Source: Heptranchias perlo
Taxonomy: Eukaryota
Assembly: GCF_035084215.1 (NCBI RefSeq)
Contig: NC_090366.1
Coordinates: 10,168,001 to 10,232,000 of the forward strand
Reading direction: 5' to 3'
DNA: 64,000 nucleotides
The notes beneath the pieces were generated by a model, which was not told the DNA's origin, searched no databases, and saw only the letters and a list, made by a program, of their open reading frames with translations. A program made the translations under genes and the position numbers. Of this stretch, positions 12,911 to 26,512 are shown piece by piece (the stretch's first letter is position 1; each line of letters begins with the position of its first letter).

Positions 12911-13309
12911 TGTAACAGCCCTGTTAAGGGCGTGGGAATTACATTTGCCGATCTATGTTTCCAATTGAAACCTCCCATCCGGTTCCTTGTTGAGATCCTG
13001 GAACTCTCGTTCCTCTAGTGCCAGCCCCAATAGGGATCATCCGGTTCTATTTACAACCTGCCATGAGTTTCTGTTCCACAATTTCACCACCTCTTCCTAA
13101 AAAATGTGTCCGATCACATCCTCGGTTAGTTGAAGGTTTCCTAGTTGCATGGCGCCTATGGCATTGGAACCCTGGCCAGAACATGGACTTAGACCTGTTC
13201 ATCGCCTCTCAAATATCTCAAAGGGCTGCACATACAATGAATTCAAGTGTGCAAGATCCCATAAAGAACAACGAATGACCAGCGAATCTGCTTTTGCTGG
13301 GTCTTGGTT

Positions 13310-15140
13310 ATCACGGAATCGTACAGCACAGAAGGAGGCCATTTGGCCCATCGTGCATGTGCCGGCCCTTTGAAAGACCTGTCCAATTAGTCCTGTAGCT
13401 CCTCGCTCTTTCCCCGTAGCCCTGCCTGTTTTTCTTTGCAAGTATTTATTCAGTCCCCTTTTGAAAGGTATTATCCGAATTTACTTCCACCGCCCTTTCA
13501 GGCAGTGCGTTCCAGATCATTGCAACTCGCTGCGTAAAAAATAATTCCCATCATCTCCCCCTCTGGTTCTTCTGCCTCGTCTCCCCTCTGGTTGAGGGAG
13601 GAATGTTGGTCAGGACCTCGGGAGAACTCTCCGCTCTTTCAGGAGATGAGGGGAGAAAAATGGAGAGGGAACAAAGAACATAAGAAATAGGAGCAGGAGT
13701 AGGCCACACGGCCCCTCGAGCCTGCTCCACCATTCAATCAGATCATGGCTGATCTTCGACCTCAACTCCACTTTCCCGCCCGATCCCCATATGCCTTCAT
13801 TCCCTAAGAGTCCAAAAATCTATCGATCTCGGTCTTGAATATACTCAACGACTGAGCATCCACAGCCCTCTGGGGTAGAGAATTCCAAATATTCACGACC
13901 ACCTGAGTGAAGAAATTCCACCTCATCTCAGTCCTAAATGTCCGACCTCTTATCCTGCGACCATGGCCCCTAGTTCTAGACTCTCCAGTCAGGGGAAACA
14001 TCCTCTCAGCATCTACCCTGTCAAGCCCTCTTCGAATCTTATGTTTCAATTAAATCACCTCTCATTCTTCTAAACTCCAGAGAGCAGAGGCCCATCCTAA
14101 TCAATCTTTCCTCATAGGACAAACCTCTCATCCCAGGAATCAATTTAGAATCATAGAATCATAGAAAGGTTACAGCACGGAAGGAGGCCATTCGGCCCAT
14201 TGAGTCCACGCCGGCTCTATGCAAGAGCAATCCAGCTAGTCCCACTCCTCCACCCTATCCCCGTAGCCCTGCACTTTTTTTCATTTCAAGTACTTATCCA
14301 GTTCCCTTTTGAAGGCCATGATTGAATCTCCCTCCACCACCCCCATCGGGCAGTGCATTCCAGATCCCAACCAATCGCTGTGTAAAAAAGTTTTTCCTCA
14401 TATCACCTTTGATTCTTTTGCCAATCACCTTAAATCTGTGCCCTCTGGTTCTTGACCCTTCCGCCAATGGGAACAATTTCTCTCTATCCACTCTGTCTAG
14501 ACCCTTCATGATTTTGAGTACCTCTATCAAATCTCCTCTCAACCTTCTCTGTTCCAAGGAGAACAATCCCAGCTTCTCCAGTCTGTCCACGTAACTAAAG
14601 TCCCTCATCCCTGGAATCATTCTAATAAATCTCTTCTGCACCCTCTCTAAGGGCTTCACATCTTTCCTAAAGTGCGGTGCCCAGAACTGGACACAATACT
14701 CCAGTTGTGGCCGAACCAGTGTTTTTTCTTGAGATGAGGTGGAATTTCTTCACTCAGGTGGTCGTGAATATTTGGAATTCTCTAGCTTTTGTATTCTATG
14801 CCTATACTTCCTAGCTTTTGTATTCTATGCCTATATTTATAAAGCTCAGGATCCCTTATGCTTTTTTAACCACTTTCTCAACCTGCCTCAATCTAGTGAA
14901 CCTTTGTTGCACTGCCTCTAAGGCAAGTATATCCTTCCTTAGGTAAGGAGACCAAAACTGTGCACCGTACTCCAGGTGAGGTCTCACCAAAGCCCTGCAC
15001 AATTGCAGCAAGACATCCTTACACTTGTACTCCAACCCCCTTGCAATAAAGGCTGAGATACCATTTGCCTTCCTGATTGCTTGCTGTACCTGCATGTTAA
15101 CTTTCAGTGTTTCGTGTGCAAGGACACCCAAACAAGGACC
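13310..15140 (-). mobile_element. Cluster of CR1 3' fragments (at least 4 pieces)
   Basis: Minus-strand ORFs 13804-14049, 14294-14659 and 14856-15146 carry CR1 RT C-terminal motifs. Confidence 0.9.
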
Positions 15141-15772
15141 CTTCAAACAGTGAAATCAGATGGAGAGTTAGAAAATATGGATAACTTTAAAATACTAAAA
15201 CCCCGGCAGTCGCTCCAAAGACTCTTGTGAGGAACACAACCCCCTGTGAGTCAATATTTTGGAATTCTCCATCTAAAACCGTTGTGGGAGAACATTCACC
15301 ACACGGACTGCAGCGGTTCAAGAAGGCCCACCACCACCTTCTCAAGGGGCAACGAGGGACGGGCAATAAATGCCAGCCTTGCCAACAAAGCCCACATCCC
15401 CAGAACATACTCAGAATCAGATAGTCGAACAGTAAATTGATTAAAAGGGGTAGAAATTCAATTTGGCAGGTGGTACAAACCGGGCGGTCATCAGATTGTC
15501 CGCCTGTTATTCACCCGGTCAGATATTCAGTTCTGTTCTGCGGTGCATAACAGGCAGCAGATCCAACAACCACCTGTTCTGCATTGTGTCTCAAGTCAAT
15601 AATCTAACCCTAACAGTCTTGCACTATTTATATTGTGCCCCCATCTCCCTTCCCTGGGTTGAGTTTTACCACATGCGTCAGTCAGAGGAATTGGAGAGGT
15701 AGCTGGGATATTACAATAGGGGGAGTATGTTATCACTCAGAGACAGGCTAACCTCCTTTGCCCCTTGTGCAG

Positions 15773-15802
15773 GTACGGGCAGCCCGAGCGAGAGGTCTCT
15801 AA
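15773..15802 (+). CDS. Gene A probable last coding exon (VRAARARGL*)
   Basis: Acceptor cctttgccccttgtgcag| preceded by a ctaac branch-like motif. Phase-0 reading gives a basic juxtamembrane tail and TAA. AATAAA follows at 16172. Confidence 0.55.
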   Translation, partial: VRAARARGL

Positions 15803-16171
15803 CCCCAAGAAGGACTGCGGTCAGACACGTCACCCCAGTGGGACACATTTTCTAACTGCGAGCCGCCGCCGAGCATCAGAAGATCAAACAGTATTACGCA
15901 CTGACCGGTATCTTCTCACGTCTCAATGATACGACAAGGGACAAACAACAAGAGGGAAACAATACAGACGGGAGCAATGGAACGGAATACACTTGTTGAG
16001 GATTAGTTGAAGGGACATGTACATGGTGCAGACTGCAATACCACCATGTGTGCATCTCTCATGTACACAGGCACTGAAGATGGTGTACACACTGAAAACT
16101 CTAAATTATTATTGTTGGCATTGTATGTACAGATATATACATGTATGCATATCAGATATTTATTATATAGC

Positions 16172-16177
16172 AATAAA
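16172..16177 (+). promoter_or_regulatory. Candidate polyadenylation signal of gene A
   Basis: AATAAA about 370 nt after the predicted stop, followed by GT-rich sequence. Confidence 0.4.
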
Positions 16178-16519
16178 TAGCAAATCTCCTGTGGCCTTTG
16201 TCACACTCGGAGGGCAAACTATTTCATAACAAGCGTGACAAGGAAAGTGTGACAGGAAGTGAGTGTGACAGCGACTGTGGTGTGGGTAGAGGTGAATGGG
16301 CAGGTGTTGCATGGCCGATGGTTGCATGAGGCAAACTGGAGGAAGGGTATCACCAAGGGGACCTCCCCTCCATGGTACTCTTGCTGCTCGCTGTAGGGTG
16401 TTGACTGGTGCTGCTTTGCTTCAGATTACCTCCGAACCAGCTCCCCCTATTCACCCCACAAAATCCAACTCTCTCAACTAGGTTGGTAGATCCAGAGCAA
16501 AAGAAATATCAGTGTGCAA

Positions 16520-16890
16520 ATCTTCTGCTCCAATGTTTTCGGACAGTTGCTGCTGGTAATGGTTCTGATGTTGCCATGTACAGCAACTCTAGACCGATCT
16601 TTTGTTTCTTAACCTGTCCCATTCTCACCCTCCCTCCCTCGCACCATCACCCCTGTCCTTTAATCACTTTTGCCCTCCACCTTATCACAGATCTTCCCTT
16701 TTGTTCTTCCCTCCCTCCCCCCCACTTTTCCTGGCTCTGTCCTTGCTTAAAAACGTTAACTCTTTAACGAAAGGACCTGAAACGTTAACTCTGTTTCTTT
16801 CTCCACAGACGCTGCCTCACTTGCTGAGCGTCTCCAGCATTTTCTGTTTTTATTTCAGGATTCCAGCGTCCGCAGTATTTTGCTTTTGAT
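16520..16890 (+). mobile_element. Penelope-like element terminal (pLTR) fragment
   Basis: Homologous to 37187-37645 (cctgaaacgttaactctg..tgctgag..ccagcattttctgtttt). Confidence 0.65.
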
Positions 16891-17020
16891 TTAGTGACTA
16901 TGAGGCTCCCATTCCTCCCCCACCTCTCCTCTCCAATCTCCTCTCCCCGACCCATTTTAAAAACTCTTCATATATTTACTTTAAAAGTTTTTCAATGAGT
17001 ACTAAGTCCTCAGACTCTAC

Positions 17021-19428
17021 GGGCTCAATTTTGCAACAATGGCGGGTTGGCAGCGGATTGGGTGGGGGCAGGGTGACGGTGCTCATGGGAAACCCCGAAT
17101 AAACAAAACTTAACGTTTCCGACGCGATCGCATCGTAATTGTTGGTGGTTAAAGTTCTCTCCGGGTTTCGCGCCCGGCAGCTGGCCTGATTGACGGGCGT
17201 CATCTGGTGCTGGAACGGAAGATCGGGTGGGGAGTGGCAGATCGGAGGGGGGAGAGAGGAAGATCGGGGGGAGAGGGGAAGATCGAGGGAAGAAGGGAGT
17301 ATCGGGGGGAGAGTGGAAGATTGGGGGGAGAGGGGACGATCGAAGGGAGAGTGGAAGATCGAGGGGGGAGAGTGGAAGATCGAGGGGGGAGAGTGGAAGA
17401 TCGAGGGGGGAGTGGAAGATTGGGGGAGGAGGGGACGATCGAAGGGAGAGTGGAAGATCAAGGGGGGAGAGTGGAAGATCGGGGGGAGAGTGGAAGATCG
17501 GGGGGAGAGTGGAAGATTGGGGGAGGAGGGGACGATCGAAGAGAGAGTGGAAGATCGGGGGGAGAGTGGAAGATTGGGGGGAGAGGGGATGATCGAAGGG
17601 AGAGTGGAAGATCGGGGGGAGAGTGGAAGATCGAGGGGGGAGTGGAAGATCGGGGGAGAGGAGAAGATCGAGGGGGGAAAGTGGAAGATCGGAGGAGAGG
17701 AGAAGATCGAGCGAAGAAGGGAGTATCGGGGGGAGAGTGGAAGATTGGGGGGAGAGAGGATGATCGAAGGGAGAGTGGAAGATCGAGGGGGGAGAGTGGA
17801 AGATCGGGGGGGAGAGGGGAAGATCGAGGGGGGAGAGTGGAAGATTGGGGGAGAGGAGAAGATCGAGGGGGGAAAGTGGAAGATCGGAGGAGAGGAGAAG
17901 ATCAGGGGGGGAGAGGGGAAGATCGAGGGGGGAGAGTGGAAGATCGGTGGGGAGAGGGGAAGATCGGGGGAGAGGAGAAGATTGAGGGGGGAGTGGAAGA
18001 TCGGGGGAGAGGGGAAGATCGGGGGGGAGAGGAGAAGATCGAGGGGGGAAAGTGGAAGATCGGAGGAGAGGAGAAGATCAGGGGGGGAGAGGGGAAGATC
18101 GAGGGGGGAGAGTGGAAGATCGGGGGGGAGAGGGGAAGATCGGGGGAGAGGAGAAGATTGAGGGGGGAGTGGAAGATCGGGGGAGAGGGGAAGATCGAGG
18201 GGGGAGAGGGGAAGATCGAGGGGGGAGAGTGGAAGATCGGGGGAGAGGGGAAGATCAGGGGGGGAGAGGGGAAGATCGAAGGGAGAGTGGAAGATCGAGG
18301 GGGGAGAGGGGAAGATCGAGGGGGGAAAGTGGAAGATCGGAGGAGAGGAGAAGATCGAGGGAAGAAGGGAGTATCAGGGGGAGAGTGGAAGATTGGGGGG
18401 AGAGGGGATGATCGAAGGGAGAGTGGAAGATCGAGGGGGGAGAGTGGAAGATCGGGGGGGAGAGGGGAAGATCGAGGGGGGAGAGTGGAAGATCGGGGGA
18501 GAGGAGAAGATCGAGGGGGGAAAGTGGAAGATCGGAGGAGAGGAGAAGATCGAGGGGGGAAAGTGGAAGATCGGGGGAGAGGAGAAGATCAGGGGGGGAG
18601 AGGGGAAGATCGAAGGGAGAGTGGAAGATCGAGGGGGGAGAGGGGAAGATCGGGGGAGAGGGGAAGATCGAGGGGGAAAGGGAGAGATCGAGAGGAGAGG
18701 GGAAGATCGAGGGGGGAAAGGGGAAGGTTGGGGGGAGAGGGGAAGATCAGGGGGGAGAGTGGAAGATTGAGGGGGGAGAGTAGACGATCGGGGGGGTGTG
18801 TGGAAGATCGGGGGGGGGGTAGTGGAAGATTGAGGGGGGAGGGGGAAGATCGAGGGGAGAGTGGAAGATCGGGGGGGAGAGGGGAAGATAGAGGTGGGAA
18901 AGGGGGAGATCGAGTTGGACATCGGGGGGACGAAAAGGGGACGATCGGGGGGACATTGGGGGGGATGAAAAGGGGGAGATCGGAGATGGAGACATCGGAC
19001 ATCGGCGCAGGGTGGAAACACAGGTGGACTTTGTGATTTAACTTTGTGCAATGATTTTTAATTTAATTTATTTAGTTTCTTTTTCCCTGATCCGGCCCTT
19101 CACTCCTGGTTTTAGCAGGCGTGAATCAGAAGCCATGGGAAAGATGCCCAGATAAGATAAAAATCATTCCAACTACCGAACCTGTCACAAGTGAAGTGCC
19201 TTAAGTACCTCAATGAGGTACAATTTGTTCTTTAAGTATCATCCTGCCGGCTTTAATTGCCAGCGGGACTTCCGGATTCAGGACGCCCGCGCGCACACAG
19301 GTGTTTCCGTGGGGAACTCGGAAGTCAACGAGTTGGAGCCAACTCCCGAAACCGCGCTGCATTTCTGCAATTTTCGCAGCCACTCCGCCCCCCCAACGCA
19401 CCCGCAATTTACGTGTAAAATCGAGCCC
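17021..19428. mobile_element. Non-autonomous TIR element (PIF/Harbinger-type MITE) containing an expanded purine-rich repeat
   Basis: Ends gggctcaatttt... and ...aaaatcgagccc are inverted repeats (11/12), with further subterminal similarity. Confidence 0.65.
17218..19000 (+). repeat. Purine-rich irregular tandem repeat (core GGAAGATCG + G/GA runs, about 18-20 bp)
   Basis: Direct inspection. Source of the spurious G/E/R-rich and P/S-rich ORFs. Confidence 0.95.
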
Positions 19429-20299
19429 TTCATTCTTTCGGGACAGATTAGGTGTTGTGTGAGTCAAGTATTCCATTGTTTGTTACTTGCAGTGTTTTTT
19501 TTCCATCTGTGTAATTATCTATTGTTAAATAAATACCGATTATTACTTTTAGCCTGAATCTGATCGCGTGAAATCAGAACAATTATTGGGAGATACATTT
19601 ATTCTGATTGCCAAGTGCTCTCAATACCCTGAGCATAATGGGGAGATTCATATTTCTGCTGAAAATAAGCACATTTGCTTCGAATGCCTCTGCCATTTTG
19701 GGAGCAATTATGAACGTGGGAATTTATTTTCACTGTGTATACAACGCTGCTAGTGTGCAGTAATCAGAACTAGTCTAACCTGCAACAGGTTAATGTTCTG
19801 AGTGATTGCTTTGGGGATGTGATGCGTCATTAAGGAAGTCATGTTGGCAAATAATAATAATCCCTTGACCAACTAGTAACCTTACCTAGAAATGACTGTT
19901 GGTTATCTTAGTAGATGGATGTCCAGTGTACATATATGAAGTTATTCTGTTCACTATTTAATTGAAGCATTATCTCATTTAAAATGAATTGGTGTTTCCA
20001 ATCATGGACAGGGGGAGTGTCATTGGAAGATTTTAAGTGAATATGAACCAATAAACACTAATTTCTGAGGAAATTGGAGGGCTATGGGGAACGAACAGGA
20101 CTAATTGGATCGCTGTTGCAAAGGGCCGGCACAGACACGAGGGGCCGAATGGCCTCCTCCCCTGCTGTAAGATTCTACGATTCGAGGCTTTACTTCAACA
20201 GTGCTGCAAATACTGATGATTGTGTTCACACTTTATTGATTGTGAACGATTGCCCAAGATCAAATGGAGATCTGTTTCCTTTCTCCCTCCAATCCCCAT

Positions 20300-21663
20300 A
20301 TATCCAAGCTGTTCCAGTACAGCGAGGACACTGGCATCTATCCGACAATGTGGAAAATTGCCCAGGGATGTCCTGTCCACAAAAAGCAGGATAAATCCAA
20401 TCCGGCCAATTAACGCCCCCATCAGTCCACTCTCAATCATCAGCAAAGTGATGGAAGGTGTCGTCGACAGTGCTATCAAGCGGCACTTACTCACCAATAA
20501 CCTGCTCACCGATGCTCAGTTTGGGTTCCACCAGGACCACTCGGCTCCAGACCTCATTACAGCCTTGGTCCAAACATGGACAAAAGAGCTGAATTCCAGA
20601 GGTGAGGTGAGAGTGACTGCCCTTGACATCAAGGCAGCATTTGACCGAGTGTGGCACCAAGGAGCCCTAGTAAAATTGAAGTCAACGGGAATCAGGGGGA
20701 AAACTCTCCAGTGGCTGGAGTCATACCGAGCACAAAGGAAGATGGTAGTGGTTGTTGGAGGCCAATCATCTCAGTCTGATGATTGCACAGTGTTCAGTTC
20801 CATTCGCAACCCCTCAGGTAATGAGGTAGTCTGTGCCTGCATGCAGCAAGACCTGGACAACATCCAGGCTTGGGCTGATAAGTGGCAAGTAACATTCACA
20901 CCAGACAAGTGACAGGCAATGACCATCTCCAACAAGAGAGAGTCTAACCACCTCCTCTTGACATTCAACGGCATTACCATCACTGAATCCCCCTCCATCA
21001 ACATCCTGGGGGTCACCATTGACCAGAAACTTAACTGGACCAGCCATATAAATACTATGGCTACAAAAGCAGATCAGAGGCTGGGTATTCTGTGGCAAGT
21101 GACTCACCTGACTCCCCAAAGCCTTTCCACCATCTACAAGGCACAAGTCAGGAGTGTGATGGAATACTCTCCACTTGCCTGGATGAGTGCAGCTCCAACA
21201 ACACTCAAGAAGCTCGACACCATCCAGGACAAAGCAGCCCGCTTGATTGGCACCCCATCCACCACCCTAAACATTCACTCCCTTCACCACCGGCGCACTG
21301 TGGCTGCAGTGTGTACCATCCACAGGATGCACTGCAGCAACTCGCCAAGGCTTCTTCGACAGCACCTCCCAAACCCGCGACCTCTCCCACCTAGAAGGAC
21401 AAGAGCAGCAGGCGCATGGGAACAACACCACCTGCACGTTCCCCTCCAAGTCACACACCATCCCGACTTGGAAATATATCGCCGTTCCTTCATCGTCGCT
21501 GGGTCAAAATCCTGTAACAGCACTGTGGGAAAACCTTCAGCAAACGGACTGCAGTGGTTCAAGAAGGCGGCTCACCACCACCTTCTCAAGGGCAATTAAG
21601 GATGGGCACGAAATGCCGGCCTCGCCAGCGACGCCCACATCCCATGAACGAATAAAAAAAAAA
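20300..21663 (+). mobile_element. CR1-Zenon-like LINE, 5'-truncated with an internal deletion
   Basis: LSIISKVMEG, QFGF, LDIKAAFDRV, YKAQVRSVMEY. Lacks the PQG..FADD segment at about 20775. Ends aataaaaaaaaaa. Confidence 0.9.
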
Positions 21664-21715
21664 TCAGGCACAATAAACAATTAGTGCAATATATAGGTAA
21701 CAAGATTGCAGTGTT

Positions 21716-24700
21716 CACAGAGACCAAACGACAACTTGCAACAGAGACCAAACGACACGTTACAACAAAAACCAAACTACACCTTACAACAGTGACCAAA
21801 CTACACCTTACAACAGTGACCAAAGTACACCGTATAACAGAGACCAAACTACACTTTACAACAAAGACCACATTACACCTTACAACAGAGACCAAACTAC
21901 ACCTTACAACAAAGACCACATTACACCTTACAACAGTGACCAAACTACACCTTACAACAGAGACCAAACTACACCTTACAACAGAGACCAAACTACACCT
22001 TACAACAGAGACCAAACTACACCTTACAACAGAGACCAAACTACACCTTACAACAGAGACCAAACTATACCTTACAACAGAGACCAAACTACACCTTACA
22101 ACAGAGACCAAACTACACCTTACAGCAAAGACCAAACTACACCTTACAACAGTGACCAAACTACGCCTTACAACAAAGACCAAACTACACCTTACTACAG
22201 AGACCAAACTTCACACTACAACAGTGACCAAACTACACCTTACAACAGAGACCAAACTACACCTTACAACAGAGACCAAACTACAACTTACAACAGAGAC
22301 CAAACTACACCTTACAACAAAGACCAAACTACACCTTACAACAGAGACCAAACTACACCTTACAACAAAGACCAAACTACACCTTACAACAGTGACCAAA
22401 CTACACCTTACAACAGAGACCAAACTACACCTTACAACAGAGACCAAACTACACCTTACAACAGAGACCAAACTACACCTTATAACAGTGACCAAACTTC
22501 ACCTTACAACAGTGAGCAAACTACACCTTACAACAGAGACCAAACTACACCTTACAACAAAGACCAAACTACACCTTACAACAGAGACCAAACTACACCT
22601 TACAACAGTGACCAAACTACACCTTACAACAGTGAGCAAACTACACCTTACAACAGAGACCAAACTACACCTTACAACAGAGACCAAACTACACCTTACA
22701 ACAGAGACCAAACTGCACCTTACAACAGAGACCAAACTACACCTTACAACAGAGACCAAACTACACCTGACAACAGAGACGAAACTACACCTTATAACAG
22801 TGACCAAACTTCACCTTACAACAGTGACCAAACTACACCTTACAACAGAGACAAAACTACACCTTACAACAAAGACCAAACTACACCTTACAACAGAGAC
22901 CAAACTACACCTTACAACAGAGACCAAACTACACCTTACAACAAAGACCAAACTACACCTTACAACAGAGACCAAACTACACCTTACAACAGAGACCAAA
23001 CTACACCTTACAACAGAGACCAAACTACACCTTACAACAAAGACCAAACTACACCTTACAACAGAGACCAAACTACACCTTACAACAGAGACCAAACTAC
23101 ACCTTACAACAGAGACCAAACTACACCTTACAACAGAGACCAAACTACACCTTACAACAGAGACCAAACTACACCTTACAACAAAGACCAAACTACACCT
23201 TACAACAGAGACCAAACTACACCTTACAACAGAGACCAAACTACACCTTACAACAGATACCAAACTTCACATTACAACAGAGACCAAACTACACCTTACA
23301 ACAGAGACCAAACTGCACCTTACAACAGAGACCAAACTACACCTTATAACAGTGACCAAACTTCACCTTACACAGTGACCAAACTACACCTTACAGCAAA
23401 GACCAAACTACACCTTACAACAGAGACCAAACTACACCTTACAACAGTGACCAAATTACACCTTACAACAAAGACCAAACTACACCTTACAACAGAGACC
23501 AAACTTCACACTACAACAGTGACCAAGCTACAACTTACAACAGAGACCAAACTACACCTTACAACAGAGACCAAACTACACCTTACAACAGAGACCAAAC
23601 TTCACACTACAACAGTGACCAAGCGACACCTTACAACAGAGACCAAACTACACCTTACAACAGTGACCAAACTACACCTTACAACAGAGACCAAACTACA
23701 CCTTACAACAGAGACCAAACTACACCTTACAACAGAGACCAAACTACACCTTACAACAGAGACCAAACTACACATTACAACAGAGACCAAACTACACCTT
23801 ACAACAGAGACCAAACTACACCTTACAGCAAAGACCAAACTACACCTTACAACAGTGACCAAACTACGCCTTACAACAAAGACCAAATTACACCTTACAA
23901 CAAAGACCAAACTACAACTTACAACAGAGAACAAACTACACCTTACAACAGAGACCAAACTACACCTTACAACAGAGACCAAACTACACCTTATAACAGA
24001 GACCAAACTACAACTTACAACAGAGAACAAACTACACCTTACAACAGAGACCAAACTACACCTTACTACAGAGACCAAACTTCGCACTACAACAGTGACC
24101 AAACTACACCTTACAACAGAGACCAAACTACACCTTACAACAGAGACCAAACTACAACTTACAACAGAGAACAAACTACACCTTACAACAGAGACCAAAC
24201 TACACCTTACAACAGAGACCAAACTACACCTTATAACAGAGACCAAACTACACCTTACAACAGTGAGCAAACTACACCTTACAACAGAGACCAAACTACA
24301 CCTTACAACAGAGACCAAACTACACCTTACAACAGAGACCAAACTACACCTTACAACAGAGACCAAACTACACCTTACAACAGAGACCAAACTACACCTG
24401 ACAACAGAGACCAAACTACACCTTATAACAGTGACCAAACTTCACCTTACAACAGTGACCAAATTACACCTTACAACAGTGACCAAACTACACCTGACAA
24501 CAAAGACCACATTACACCTTACAACAGAGACCAAACTACACCTTACAACAGTGACCAAACTACACTTTACAACAAAGACCACATTACACCTTACAACAGA
24601 GACCAAACTACACCTTACAACAGAGACCAAACTACACCTTACAACAGAGACCAAACTACACCTTACAACAGAGACCAAACTACACCTTACAACAGAGACC

Positions 24701-26430
24701 AAACTACACCTTACAACAGAGACCAAACTACACCTTACAACAGAGACCAAACTACACCTTACAGCAAAGACCAAACTACACCTTACAACAGTGACCAAAC
24801 TACGCCTTACAACAAAGACCAAACTACACCTTACTACAGAGACCAAACTTCACACTACAACAGTGACCAAACTACACCTTACAACAGAGACCAAACTACA
24901 CCTTACAACAGAGACCAAACTACAACTTACAACAGAGACCAAACTACACCTTACAACAAAGACCAAACTACACCTTACAACAGAGACCAAACTACACCTT
25001 ACAACAGAGACCAAACTACACCTTACAACAAGGACCAAACTACACCTTACAACAGAGACCAAACTACACCTTACAACAGAGACCAAACTACACCTTACAA
25101 CAGAGACCAAACTGCACCTTATAACAGTGACCAAACTTCACCTTACAACAGTGAGCAAACTACACCTTACAACAGAGACCAAACTACACCTTACAACAAA
25201 GACCAAACTACACCTTACAACAGAGACCAAACTACACCTTACAACAGTGACCAAACTACACCTTACAACAGTGAGCAAATTACACCTTACAACAGAGACC
25301 AAACTACACCTTACAACAGAGACCAAACTACACCTTACAACAGAGACCAAACTACACCTTACAACAGAGACCAAACTACACCTTACAACAGAGACCAAAC
25401 TACACCTGACAACAGAGACCAAACTACACCTTATAACAGTGACCAAACTTCACCTTACAACAGTGACCAAACTACACCTTACAACAGAGATAAAACTACA
25501 CCTTACAACAAAGACCAAACTACACCTTACAACAGAGACCAAACTACACCTTACAACAAAGACCAAACTACACCTTACAACAGAGCCCAAACTACACCTT
25601 ACAACAGAGACCAAACTACACCTTACAACAGAGACCAAACTACACCTTACAACAAAGACCAAACTACACCTTACAACAGAGACCAAACTACACCTTACAA
25701 CAGAGACCAAACTACACCTTACAACAGAGACCAAACTACACCTTACAACAGAGACCAAACTACACCTTACAACAAAGACCAAACTACACCTTACAACAGA
25801 GACCAAACTACACCTTACAACAGTGACCAAACTACACCTTACAACAGAGACCAAACTACACCTTACAACAGAGACCAAACTACACCTTATAACAGTGACC
25901 AAACTACACCTTACACAGTGACCAAACTACACCTTACAACAGTGACCAAACTACACCTTACAGCAAAGACCAAACTACACCTTACAACAGTGACCAAACT
26001 ACACCTTACAACAGTGACCAAACTACACCTTACAACAAAGACCAAACTACACCTTACAACAGAGACCAAACTACACCTTACAACAGAGACCAAACTACAC
26101 CTTACAACAAAGACCAAACTACACCTTACAACAGAGACCAAACTACACCCTACAACAGAGACCAAACTACACCTTACAACAGAGACCAAACTACACCTTA
26201 CAACAGAGACCAAACTACACCTTACAACAGAGACCAAACTTCACATTACAACAGAGACCAAACTACACCTTACAACAGAGACCAAACTACACCTTACAAC
26301 AGAGACCAAACTACACCTGACAACAGAGACCAAACTACACCTTACACAAGGACCAAACTACACCTGACGACAGAGACCAAACTGCACCTTACAACAGAGA
26401 CCAAACTACACCTTACAACAGAGACCACAC
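21716..26430 (+). repeat. 24-bp tandem satellite (consensus caccttacaacagagaccaaacta), about 196 copies
   Basis: Direct inspection. Yields (TTETKLHL)n and (VVRCSLVS)n ORFs. Confidence 0.98.
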
Positions 26431-26512
26431 TTCATTATTGCAACATTGGCTGTTAAGCACTTTGAGGCATCCTGAGGCCATGTAAGGTGCTTTTTATTGC
26501 AAATTCTTCCTT
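26405..26512 (+). mobile_element. Deu-SINE 3' tail remnant contiguous with the satellite
   Basis: accacacttc..cattggctgttaagcactttgaggcatcctgaggccatgtaaggtgct matches 12088-12175. Confidence 0.7.

Larger units (their letters stand above)
2718..15802 (+). other. Gene A: spliced V-C2 Ig-superfamily type I membrane protein (HEPACAM/CD2-SLAM-like), join(2718..2769,5728..6072,7171..7428,11406..11527,15773..15802), 268 aa
   Basis: Five exons with canonical GT-AG sites and compatible phases (1,1,1,0) assemble into one 807-nt ORF: leader, V-set, C2-set, stalk+TM, short basic tail. Confidence 0.8.

Noticed and set aside
17190-19051. Long G/E/R-rich or P/S-rich ORFs; resemblance of agatcggaggag to the Illumina adapter AGATCGGAAGAG
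   Set aside because: The ORFs are low-complexity repeat translations. No exact adapter is present, and the motif is integral to the genomic repeat.
21684-26367. 564/848/149-aa Thr-rich (TTETKLHL)n ORFs as a mucin-like gene
   Set aside because: They are a by-product of a stop-free 24-bp unit, open on both strands and broken by 1-nt deletions. There is no signal peptide or splice context, and the unit appears SINE-derived.
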